A stretch of DNA of 64,000 bases from Candidatus Sericytochromatia bacterium (GTDB lineage: Bacteria > Cyanobacteriota > Sericytochromatia > S15B-MN24 > VGJW01), in the NCBI GenBank assembly GCA_035285865.1, contig JAYKHS010000007.1, forward strand, positions 45,240 through 109,239. The letters are read 5' to 3'. A program made the position numbers and the translations under genes. Every line of letters begins with the position of its first letter. Position 1 is the stretch's first letter. The notes beneath the pieces were generated by a model. The model had not been told where the DNA came from. It worked only from the letters and a program-made list of their open reading frames with translations, and did no database searches. Positions 37,372 through 46,104 of the stretch are shown one piece after another.

Positions 37372-38109
37372 CTAGATGTCCAGCGAGACATCCGAAACGG
37401 AGCGGAACTGCTTCAGATCATGCGAACCACCGGCTCTCTCGGGTCGCTCATTTCGACGAATGCCGCATGACCCGAGCGCGCGTCGATGCCCCGTAGTCAT
37501 CGATACCATCCCGGACAGCAGGTGGGAGCCGGTGACCTTGAGGTGGGCCAAGCCCGCCTGTTCACCAAGGAAAGTCACCCGTTCGGACGGATGATTCAGG
37601 AGACCGAGCAGTCCGGGAATGTCTATCTGGTCCAAGGTGTCGCCTCGAGGCGAGTTGATACGCGGATCGGTCAGGGGCAGATCGATGGCCACGGCACCCA
37701 GCAAGCCTGCGGCACGGACCTTGATGGTCTTGCCACCGGCCCACGAGAGTTTGGTGCCATGGCCGTTCCCCTGAAGAATCTGGATCCGCATCTGGCGGGG
37801 ACTCTTGCCCCTGAGGTCATAGAGTCCCCGGTACAGCTGACCGTTGGCCTTCTAGAAGTAGGACATCTGGGCGGTGTAGGCGCGCACGGCCCCGTGCGCC
37901 TGGTTCACTCGGCCCCTCCAGTAGGACACGGCCTCTTGGACCGGCGCACCGGGCATCGACGGCTGGCCGCCGAATTCCGGCAAAGGTGTGGCCACGGGAA
38001 GCGTGAGCACGGGATCCGGACGGGCGGGGGACTGACCGCAGGCCGAAAGCAAGGTGGCGGCCAGTAACGGCCAACCGCGCACCCGCACGGTTGCGAAAAG
38101 GAATCTCAC
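37372..38109 (-). pseudogene. disrupted paralogue of 35768-36520
   Basis: Near-identical motifs (YTAQMSY, YDLRGK, RIQILQG.G.GTKLSW.GG.TIKVRAAGLL, LPLTDPRI); in-frame TAG at 37852-54 where the paralogue has Gln; compensating indels near 37490 and 37420. Confidence 0.8.
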
Positions 38110-38237
38110 GCAAGGTCTTTCACCCTTGAAGGCCGCGCCTTAACACCGTCTTATACATGCAATTTCGCTGTTACAAGCCTGTTGCAACACCTTGCAGGTT
38201 GTCGGCAGCCCATGGGTTCATCTATATTTAACAATCC

Positions 38238-38852
38238 ATGCGTTACCCGACCACCGTCGTCCTATCGGCAGCACTGACCCTCGCGCCCCTCGCAGGGTGC
38301 GCCAGCGCGAGCCTCGCACCGCCCCCTGCAACGACTGGCGAGATCCGCGTGGCGGCAGCGGGAGCGGATGCCGTCGAGAGCAAGCTTGGGGTGACTCGCG
38401 TGCTGGTCTCGACGGCCGGTGGCACGCACCTCGCTTGGCGTATCCAGGGCGACGACAGGCCGGTGCTGACTGAATTGTTGACCAATGACTCCCGGACCGA
38501 CGAACTGGCTTCCGGACTCGCGCTGCTCGCGGCGGACATGTTGATTGCCGGGGCGCGGGCGTGGCTGGTCTACGCCGCGACGCATCCCGGTAAGGAGTTC
38601 GATCGCGAGGCCTGCGTCCGTGCCATCGTGGCCGCCATGGTCGCGCAGGCCGTTTCGACGATTCCCGTCGTCGGGGGCGTCCTGAGTGGCCTTTTGCTGC
38701 CGATCGTCTTCGCCTGGATCGCGCGGTCTGGCAAGTGGCCGTGGCAGGTCAGGATGCGCGGCCTGCTCGAGATCGGCGCCCACCTGCACGCGGCCATCGT
38801 GAAGGCCCTTGCGGGAGCTGACGCACGTCCTCGTCCCGTGCCCGCCTCGTGA
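38238..38852 (+). CDS. hypothetical lipoprotein with C-terminal hydrophobic hairpin
   Basis: Lipobox LAGC; IPVVGGVLSGLLLPIVF. Confidence 0.6.
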   Translation: MRYPTTVVLSAALTLAPLAGCASASLAPPPATTGEIRVAAAGADAVESKLGVTRVLVSTAGGTHLAWRIQGDDRPVLTELLTNDSRTDELASGLALLAADMLIAGARAWLVYAATHPGKEFDREACVRAIVAAMVAQAVSTIPVVGGVLSGLLLPIVFAWIARSGKWPWQVRMRGLLEIGAHLHAAIVKALAGADARPRPVPAS

Positions 38853-39619
38853 AGACCAACGTCAATCGGTACCGGACGCTCTGGCTTTCGGACATCCACC
38901 TTGGCACGCGCGCCTGCCGTGCGGAGGCGCTCAAGAGCTTTCTCAAGACGCACCACGCCGAGACCATCTACCTTGTCGGGGACGTGATCGATGCGTGGAT
39001 GCTCAAGGACAAGTGGCACTGGCCCACGGCCCACAGTGACATCCTCCGGATGTTGGTGAAAAAAGCCAAGAAGTGCCGCATGGTTTATGTCCCCGGCAAT
39101 CATGACAGCCTGCTGCGCCCGTTCCTGCCGCTCGACATCGGTGCCATCGAACTCCGTCACGAAGCTGTCCACGTCACGGCGGACGGCCGTCGCTTGCTGG
39201 TGATGCACGGCGACATCTTCGACGGTGCACTCTCGCGCGGCAAGGTCCTGACGACCGTGGGCACCTGGATTTACGACGCCCTGATCGAGATCAACGGCTG
39301 GCTTCATCGATTGAACGCTCGGCTCGGTCGCCCCCACTTCTCCCTGGCGCAGTTCCTGAAGGAGAACAGCAAGGATGCCCGCGTCATGATCGCGCGCTTC
39401 CGCGAGCTGGCAATCGCCCACGCGGCCCGGCGGGGCTTCGACGGGATCGTGACCGGGCACATCCACCACGGCGAGTTGGCCATCGTGGACGAGATGCTCT
39501 ACGCCAACTCGGGCGATTGGGTCGACGACTGCACGGCCATTGCCGAGACGTGGACGGGCGAACTCGTGGTGCTGAGACAGACCGCGGAAGCGGTCACCGC
39601 CGAGACCGAGACCAGTTGA
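38849..39619 (+). CDS. UDP-2,3-diacylglucosamine diphosphatase-like metallophosphoesterase (LpxH/YbbF family)
   Basis: LSDIHLG, VGDVID, PGNHD, HGD, GHIH, NSGDWV. Confidence 0.85.
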   Translation: MKTNVNRYRTLWLSDIHLGTRACRAEALKSFLKTHHAETIYLVGDVIDAWMLKDKWHWPTAHSDILRMLVKKAKKCRMVYVPGNHDSLLRPFLPLDIGAIELRHEAVHVTADGRRLLVMHGDIFDGALSRGKVLTTVGTWIYDALIEINGWLHRLNARLGRPHFSLAQFLKENSKDARVMIARFRELAIAHAARRGFDGIVTGHIHHGELAIVDEMLYANSGDWVDDCTAIAETWTGELVVLRQTAEAVTAETETS

Positions 39620-40302
39620 TCGGAGCCCCCTGGGCCGTAGGCGGTGTGGACGGCTGCAAGTCCGGCTGGGTCCTGGCCGGGATGGGGCCAGACGGCTCGC
39701 TCGGACTCGAGCTCCACTCCGCCATCGACACTGTTTTGGAACGGGTTTCCGGGGTGGTCGCCATCGACATGCCGATCGGGCTTCCGGAAGCTGGCCCCAG
39801 GGCGTGTGACCTTGCGGCCCGCGGCCTTCTCGGTGCGCGGCGCCACAGCGTGTTTCCAGCGCCTCTGAGGTCGATGCTGGAGGCCAGAAGCCATGCCGAG
39901 GCCTGCGCCTTGGGACGTCGGACGGACGGTCGGGGCCTGTCGCTGCAATCGTGGAACCTGATCCCCAAAATCAGGGAAGTCGACGAATACGCCAGTCGGG
40001 TTCCCGCAGGACGCCTCATCGAGGTCCATCCGGAACTCAGCTTCAGGGGCATGCAGGGCGGGCATCCCTTGTTCGCGTCCAAGAAGACAGAGGAAGGCCG
40101 TCAGCAGCGCGCCAAGCTTCTGCGTCAAGCCTTTGCCGATTGGCTTCCCCAGCGGGCGCCCGCAGGATCCGGTGTCGACGACGTGCTGGACGCGTTCGCC
40201 GCCCTATGGACGGCGCTCAGACATCGCGACGGCTTGGCTGTCCCGACGACAGCAGCCGAAGAACGGGACGCACGAGGCCTGCTCATGCAAATCCACTGGT
40301 GA
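39616..40302 (+). CDS. DUF429 family (predicted RNase H-like nuclease)
   Basis: GVDGCKSGW, AIDMPIGL, RACD..AR, SVF, IEVHPE, DDVLDA; TTG start overlapping the upstream stop. Confidence 0.85.
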   Translation: MIGAPWAVGGVDGCKSGWVLAGMGPDGSLGLELHSAIDTVLERVSGVVAIDMPIGLPEAGPRACDLAARGLLGARRHSVFPAPLRSMLEARSHAEACALGRRTDGRGLSLQSWNLIPKIREVDEYASRVPAGRLIEVHPELSFRGMQGGHPLFASKKTEEGRQQRAKLLRQAFADWLPQRAPAGSGVDDVLDAFAALWTALRHRDGLAVPTTAAEERDARGLLMQIHW

Positions 40303-40412
40303 CGGAGGACCACGAAGCCACATTTTGCCAAGAAGAAACATTCCGCAAGAACGCGTATTTCCAGCGATGACTCGATTTAGCAATCAGACGGGCAGCAGAG
40401 AGGGAATGGATC

Positions 40413-41252
40413 GTGAGCAGCAGGCACGCCGCGCATCATCACGGTAGGCACCACGGCAGCCACAGGTCGCATCACGGCCATCACCACGGCTCGCACGGCC
40501 ATCACAGTTCGCACGGCCACGCCCACGGACCCCATGCGGCCCGCTCGGCCGCCCGTCACGCTGCGGATGCCGCCCACCGGAAGGCCGAGGCCGCGCGCAT
40601 CGCTCGAGAAGCCGCAGACAAGCAAGCGAAGCGCGAAGCAGCGCGTCACGCCGAAAAAGGGCACGGCGACCGGCACCAGCACGCGACGCCCCGGGGCCTG
40701 CGCTCGTCGGTCAAGCTGGATGAAGGGCACCACACCCGCCACTCCGAGCCCCACGCCCTCAAGGCTGCCTCGACGCCCTCCGGCCACGGGAGCAGGGACG
40801 TGTCCCCGAACGCCAAGGCGCAGATGGATCGCCTCACCGAGACGGCCGGACGGTCGGCTGCCCATCGCCGTCCCGGTGGCTGGTGCTATCGCGCGGTCAA
40901 GAAATTCATCGCCTCGACCCCGGGCGGATACGGCGGCCTGAACGCCGGCAACATCTACAAGATTCCACAGGCCCGGGCCCGGGACTTCGCGGACTTCATG
41001 AACCGGGACGGCAACGCCGCCAAGTACGGCCTGCGTAAGCTGGATATTTCCAATCCCTACGACGCGCCCAAGGGTGCCCTGGTGGTGGTGGCCCCGGGGA
41101 CTCCGGGGACCCGCCATCCGACGGCGGGCGACATCACCATCGCCGCAGGCGGCGGGCGATTCTACAACGACGGCAACATGGGTTACGGGGGTCCGAGGAA
41201 CTTCCCGCCCGGCAACCGGCATGTGCTGGGCATCTACGTTCCGGCGAACTGA
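40413..41252 (+). CDS. His-rich protein with C-terminal CHAP/NlpC-P60-like domain
   Basis: 19 His in the first 41 aa; GWCYRAVK...APKGALVV...HPTAGDI...FYND...GIYVP. Confidence 0.6.
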   Translation: MSSRHAAHHHGRHHGSHRSHHGHHHGSHGHHSSHGHAHGPHAARSAARHAADAAHRKAEAARIAREAADKQAKREAARHAEKGHGDRHQHATPRGLRSSVKLDEGHHTRHSEPHALKAASTPSGHGSRDVSPNAKAQMDRLTETAGRSAAHRRPGGWCYRAVKKFIASTPGGYGGLNAGNIYKIPQARARDFADFMNRDGNAAKYGLRKLDISNPYDAPKGALVVVAPGTPGTRHPTAGDITIAAGGGRFYNDGNMGYGGPRNFPPGNRHVLGIYVPAN

Positions 41253-41258
41253 CGCGGC

Positions 41259-42806
41259 TCAGGCCTCGGCCACCTCGAACGCCACCACGTTGCGTTCGGC
41301 CCGGCCGAACTCGATGCCGACCAGCGTGACGTGGGTACCGGGCTGGCGAACCTTGTCGGCATAGCCTCTGGCCAGAATCTGGGCCAGCGCTTGGCCCTCT
41401 GGCTGGTCGTCGACCACCTTGAATTCGAAGACATACGCGCGTCCCGGCACACGCAGCGTCAGGTCGATGCGTCCCTTGTTGGTGGCGTCCTCGACCCTCA
41501 GGTCCAGGCCAAGGGCTGCGAGGTGGCTGTAGAACACGCTGGCGTAATACCCCTCGAAGCGGGCGATGGGATTGTTGCGCAGCCAGTCGTGCGGGATGCT
41601 GGCGAACAGCCGATAGGTCGCGTCACGCAAGGCATCCAAGTTGCCGGCCAAAAGAGCTTCGGTAAGCTGTATCGTCAGGTCGCTCGCAGCACCGGCAGTC
41701 TGGCCCAATGCGGGCAACAGGCTGAGGTTCAGACTGGCTTCGACCTCGCGATTCGGATAGCCCAAGGTGTAGACCCAACTGCCCGTGGCGATTTCGCGCG
41801 CGTCATGAATGGTCAGGTACCCCGTCTGCCAGAGCAGCGCCTCGGGCTCGATATGGTCGACATCGAAGGCCGACATGATCTCCGCACGGGTGCGGCGCTT
41901 GGCCAGATCAGGCGAGAAGAACCCTCGTCGCGCCAGCAAGGCGACCAGAAAGCTGGGCGTCCCTGTCTCGAACCAGTACGGCCTGAACTGCTTGCTCTCG
42001 AGGAACAGCAGGACGTCAAAGGGATTGTAGACGGCCGTCCCGAGCCAGTTGTAGCCGTTGTACCAACGCCGGACGGCATAGAGGTCCACGGCGTCCAGTT
42101 CCGGCGCAAAGACGGTCTCGAGGTCCTCCTGCGTGTAGCCGCACAACGCCGACCAGCGGGCATCCAGCGTGATGTCGCGCAAATGGTTGAGGCCCGAGAA
42201 CAGGCTCACCTTGCTGAACTTGCTGACGCCCGTCAGGAAGACGAACTTCAGGTGGGCATCGGCGTCCTTGAGGACGCCATAGATGTCGCGCAACGCGTCA
42301 CGCATCTGGCGTGCCAGATCGGGCTGTTCCAGATGGTCCAGGATGGGCTTGTCATACTCGTCGACCAACACGACCACCCGCTGGCCGGACTTTCGGTGAA
42401 GTGCCTGAATGAGCTGGTGCAGACGCCCTCGGGTATCCTGCGCCCGGCCAATCAGGCCGCATTCCGTCTCGACTTCTTCCAACTGCCGCAGGATCCAGCC
42501 CTGAAGGTCTTCACGCGAGAAAGCCTGCCCACCCCCAAAGCTCAGGCGAACGACGGGGTAACGGACCGACCAGTCCCATCGGCTCTCCGCCGCAAGGCCC
42601 GTGAAGCGTTCGCGGTTCCCCTCGAACAAATCCTTCAGGGTGTCGAGGAAAAGGCTCTTACCGAAGCGGCGAGGACGGGACAGGAAGAACGCCTTGCCGG
42701 ACTGCACCAGATCCACGGCCATCCCCGTCTTGTCGACGTAATAGCAGCCGTCCTCGCGAATCTCGCGGAACGTCTGGATGCCGATTGGCAGAGTCTTGCG
42801 GGTCAT
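41259..42806 (-). CDS. AAA-ATPase-like plus PD-(D/E)xK nuclease (PDDEXK_9 type)
   Basis: LPIGIQTF, YYVDKT, SRPRRFGKSL, LVDEYDKP, FLTGVSKF..SLFSGLN, WYNGY, YPNREV, EGYY, GRIDL..VFEFK. Confidence 0.93.
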   Translation of the reverse strand: MTRKTLPIGIQTFREIREDGCYYVDKTGMAVDLVQSGKAFFLSRPRRFGKSLFLDTLKDLFEGNRERFTGLAAESRWDWSVRYPVVRLSFGGGQAFSREDLQGWILRQLEEVETECGLIGRAQDTRGRLHQLIQALHRKSGQRVVVLVDEYDKPILDHLEQPDLARQMRDALRDIYGVLKDADAHLKFVFLTGVSKFSKVSLFSGLNHLRDITLDARWSALCGYTQEDLETVFAPELDAVDLYAVRRWYNGYNWLGTAVYNPFDVLLFLESKQFRPYWFETGTPSFLVALLARRGFFSPDLAKRRTRAEIMSAFDVDHIEPEALLWQTGYLTIHDAREIATGSWVYTLGYPNREVEASLNLSLLPALGQTAGAASDLTIQLTEALLAGNLDALRDATYRLFASIPHDWLRNNPIARFEGYYASVFYSHLAALGLDLRVEDATNKGRIDLTLRVPGRAYVFEFKVVDDQPEGQALAQILARGYADKVRQPGTHVTLVGIEFGRAERNVVAFEVAEA

Positions 42807-42884
42807 GCCACCCCATCGTGGCCGACTCATCGGTGGTGCGCAAGCCTGCGGGCTGGCAAGGCTGGCACGCCTCGGCGACAGCCC

Positions 42885-43943
42885 TCAGAAGCCCTGGACC
42901 ATCCCCAACGTCAGCGTGTCCTGGACGGGCAGGCGCGCCCCGCCAGCACCGGGATAAAGGGCAGCCGCCGCCTCGTCATGCCGGGCCTCGAGCCGCCAGA
43001 GCCAATCCCGATGGGCCCGCCAGGAAGCCGTCGCCGTCACGGACCGGACCCAGGGCACGGGCCAGAAAATCGCACCCGGCACAAGGGCGCTGGCCGCCAG
43101 AGCTTCCTCGCGGAAGCCATCCACCCGCAACGCCAGGTCCAGCCGTTCCAGGGGCGTGGCCCGGACCGTGACAGCCGCCGCCTGCCACTGCGCGAGGCCG
43201 GTATCCCCACGCTCGGAACCGATGTCGACATGGGCCTGCAGCGCCCAGACCCGGTCCAACTGCCACGTCGCATGGGCATCGAGCAAGTGACGCCAGGGCC
43301 GCCCCTCCGGAGCACCGAGGGGCCTTTCCTGACTGCCGGCCCACAACACCGAACCCGACAGGCCCTCCCGCAGCTCCCACGCCCACTGCACCATCGGGGA
43401 CAACCCCGGCACCCCATCCGTCGCCGCGTTCCAGCCATTGGTCAACCAGAACGCCAAAGCATGGCCCGGCGCCAACGACCACGTGGTGCGCACGCCCGAG
43501 TGGTAGTAAGGCAGGGCATAAAACAGGTTGGATCGGGACCACGTCCAGTTCTGGCGGACAGCCACGGTCTCTGGCCCGATGGGTGACAGGAACAGCCCAG
43601 CATCGACCGCCCAGCGGGGAGCCACCGTACCCCCGGCCCACGCTTCGAGCAGATGCCTCCAGAGCGTCGCGTCGCTCGCTCCCTCGCCGGCCGCGGCGCG
43701 CCATTCGGGTTCGGACCCGTAATAGGCGGACGGCATCAGGCCCGTCTGCAGCGCCAGTCGTCCCCGCAGGGCACCGCGATCCCACGGCAGGTCCAGCACG
43801 GCATTCGCCACGCTGAAGCCTGTCCGCCCGTCCACCACGCGGTACGCGTTCACGAGGCCGTCGGGCGCGGTCAGGTTGGCCGAGGCCTGGACCTCCATCC
43901 AGCCCGCGGGCGCTACGGGTGGCGTGTAGGGGAGGTCGGTCAT
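42885..43943 (-). CDS. outer-membrane beta-barrel (putative porin, BBP2-like)
   Basis: DAGLFLSPIGPE, NWTWSRS.LF.ALPYYHSGVR, NGWN, LEARHD, terminal Phe; start uncertain, no clear signal peptide. Confidence 0.7.
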   Translation of the reverse strand: MTDLPYTPPVAPAGWMEVQASANLTAPDGLVNAYRVVDGRTGFSVANAVLDLPWDRGALRGRLALQTGLMPSAYYGSEPEWRAAAGEGASDATLWRHLLEAWAGGTVAPRWAVDAGLFLSPIGPETVAVRQNWTWSRSNLFYALPYYHSGVRTTWSLAPGHALAFWLTNGWNAATDGVPGLSPMVQWAWELREGLSGSVLWAGSQERPLGAPEGRPWRHLLDAHATWQLDRVWALQAHVDIGSERGDTGLAQWQAAAVTVRATPLERLDLALRVDGFREEALAASALVPGAIFWPVPWVRSVTATASWRAHRDWLWRLEARHDEAAAALYPGAGGARLPVQDTLTLGMVQGF

Positions 43944-44052
43944 GGGCGGTGATCGTACCAAGCGAGGAGCATGGGCGAATGGCCAGCGTGACCAAGCGCT
44001 TCTGCGAGCCTCTGCCAGGAAGAGAAACTGCTCCCCGGGAGTCCTGAGCCGC

Positions 44053-44436
44053 GTGCGGTTGTTGCCGGATCCGCACGTCCCGTCCTGGTGGCCTGCCGGG
44101 GATGCTTTCCTGTCGTCGGTGGCCATGGCATCTACCCCCGACCGCAGACACGAAGGCTTCGTCAGCGCAGCCTCGGCTTGCGAGACTTCAACCAAGCACC
44201 GGATTGGCAAACCTTCGGGCGCCGGCCCACTTGTCCTGGACCTGCGGTGCGAAGTCGTAGCGCATGGATTCATGCCGCTTCCGGTCACGCTTGAGCAGGG
44301 GCAGTCGGCAGGTTCTCTGGATTGGGCCCACCGAGAGCCGTTCGATCGCCTGCTGGTGGATTAGGCACGCGATGAGAGACTCGCGTTGGTTTCCAGCGAA
44401 ACCGCCTTTGACGGGCTTGGCAGCGTGCGGATCTAG
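44053..44436 (+). pseudogene. vapC: decayed VapC/PIN toxin
   Basis: VRLLPDPHV..WW...FVSAASACE..K..IGK...HREPFDRLLVD*A..ERLALVS; eroded LLDTH, SAWE and HRDPFDR motifs, TAG at 44362 and 44434. Confidence 0.75.
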
Positions 44437-44772
44437 TCGGTGGGGGGTCAAGGCAGGCCAACTCCCGGTCTCACGGGATTGCGCCTCTGGCCGCCACCGG
44501 CTGGGCACTGAGATCTCCCGAGGCGAATCTGTCCGGAACCACGTCCACCGCAAGCGACCGACAGAAGCGACAGGCTCACCTTCATCGCCCCTGAACCCAC
44601 CGCCATGAGGGACATTCTCTTGCACGAGTAAGTGCTGCGCGATGTCCAGGACGCGATGGGTGTCCCTGAACGTCACCAAGGCCCGGGTTTGCTGCGCCTC
44701 GGCTGTGGTTCCGGATCGGATGCGAACCCAACATGGACAAAGGGTTCCAGAGTCACGGGACAAGCCCTCGCC

Positions 44773-45654
44773 CTATGGCATCGACCTGACAAGGCGGAAG
44801 CCAAGGTTGCCGTAGCGGAGGCTCGGGACGTTGAAGTTGCGATTCGCCGCACGCGTGCTCGCGGCATCGTGGAGCCACGATCCACCCCGGATGACTCTGT
44901 ATCGAGTCGGCCCCAGAGGCTCAGCGAGCGATCCTGGATAGCTGCCGTACCAATCCTGGCACCACTCCCAAACGTTGCCCGCCATATCGTACAGGCCCCA
45001 CGGATTACATTGCGTCAGGCCGACCGGATGGGTCGTGCCGTCGCTGTTGCCGCCGAACCACGCATGGGTCCCCAGCAGGTTGCTGTCCGCTCCGAAGACC
45101 CACGCTGTCGCGGTACCCGCCCGATACGCATACTCCCACTCGGCCTCCGTCGGCAGACGCCAACCGGTCGTGCTGTCGGGCGCGGGCGACGTCAGCGTTA
45201 CCCTGCTGCAGTTGTAACTGCCCGTCCCCGGCTTGCCGGTACAAAACGACAGGTCATAAGCCTTGGGCAGGCCGTCCTTGGCCGACAGGGCGTTGGCGTA
45301 GGCCACGGCGTCGAACCAACTCAATGTCTCAACCGGGCGATTGTCATCATCTGCAAAGGTCGAGGGATTGTTGCCCATCAGCGCACGCCACTGGCCCTGC
45401 GTCACCTCAGTCGTCTGCATCCGGAAGGTACGGGTCAAGGTCACCGGATGTTGCATCTCGTCCGAGGAGCGGCCCGATTCCGATGACGGGGAGCCCATCT
45501 GGAAGGTACCGGCAGGCAGGTCGACAGACTGCATGGTCGCGACTCCGGGGAGCGTCAGGTTCTCGCCCAAGTGGCCAGCATTCGCGACACCAGCAACAGA
45601 GCCTGCCGCGACCAGACTGGCCGTGAACAATATTCTGGCGCGCCAAACCCGCAT
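44773..45654 (-). CDS. formylglycine-generating-enzyme (FGE-sulfatase/SUMF1) domain secreted protein
   Basis: Signal peptide; GTFQMGS, TEVTQGQW, RPVE.LSWFDA, RLPTEAEWEYA, NPWGLYDMAGNVWEWC.D, RVIRGGSW, GFRL; AAGGAG before ATG 45654. Confidence 0.92.
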   Translation of the reverse strand: MRVWRARILFTASLVAAGSVAGVANAGHLGENLTLPGVATMQSVDLPAGTFQMGSPSSESGRSSDEMQHPVTLTRTFRMQTTEVTQGQWRALMGNNPSTFADDDNRPVETLSWFDAVAYANALSAKDGLPKAYDLSFCTGKPGTGSYNCSRVTLTSPAPDSTTGWRLPTEAEWEYAYRAGTATAWVFGADSNLLGTHAWFGGNSDGTTHPVGLTQCNPWGLYDMAGNVWEWCQDWYGSYPGSLAEPLGPTRYRVIRGGSWLHDAASTRAANRNFNVPSLRYGNLGFRLVRSMP

Positions 45655-45840
45655 CACATCATCTCCTTCAACCATCATGGAAACATGAATCCGTTCGAAC
45701 CCAGGATTCGCACGCCATAGGATCGCCACGGGTACCGCGACCTTGCCCTTGGGGTCTTTCCCCTTGGCCAGAGTGTGGCGCCACGTGGCCAGATCAGGCG
45801 GCCACAGCGGCTGTGGAGTCCGAATCCATCAAGCCAGTGA

Positions 45841-46077
45841 TGGCAGAAACCGGAACATCCGGAGAAGCATCACGCCCAGGCAACGGCGGTCATCGATTCC
45901 GACCGCAGCCAGCGGCTCTTCACATGGCATCTGGTCGACGCCCTGCTCTACGGAACCCGAGACCTCGGCTCCCTCGCCAACCGCGTCCGGGAAGGCGTCG
46001 CACGGGCCTCACGCGCGCGCGGGCCGATCTACGAACAGACGCCGGCGATGGAAGGACGACGGGACGGGAATTTCTGA
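45841..46077 (+). pseudogene. start-less fragment resembling a caspase/metacaspase C-terminal region
   Basis: RLFTWHLVDALL...LANRVREGV....EQTP..EG resembles the C14 FT..L..AL...V...V...QxP pattern; no start codon after the TGA at 45838. Confidence 0.35.
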
Positions 46078-46104
46078 CGCTTCCGCGTCAGTGCCCCGCT
46101 GCCG

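Noticed and set aside
37852-37854. Programmed TAG read-through (pyrrolysine or recoding)
   Set aside because: A single C-to-T change from CAG explains it; the same gene has indels, neighbours are pseudogenes, and TAG ends many normal genes here
44440-46100. Complete diversity-generating retroelement
   Set aside because: No reverse transcriptase and no second copy of the putative variable region visible in the window
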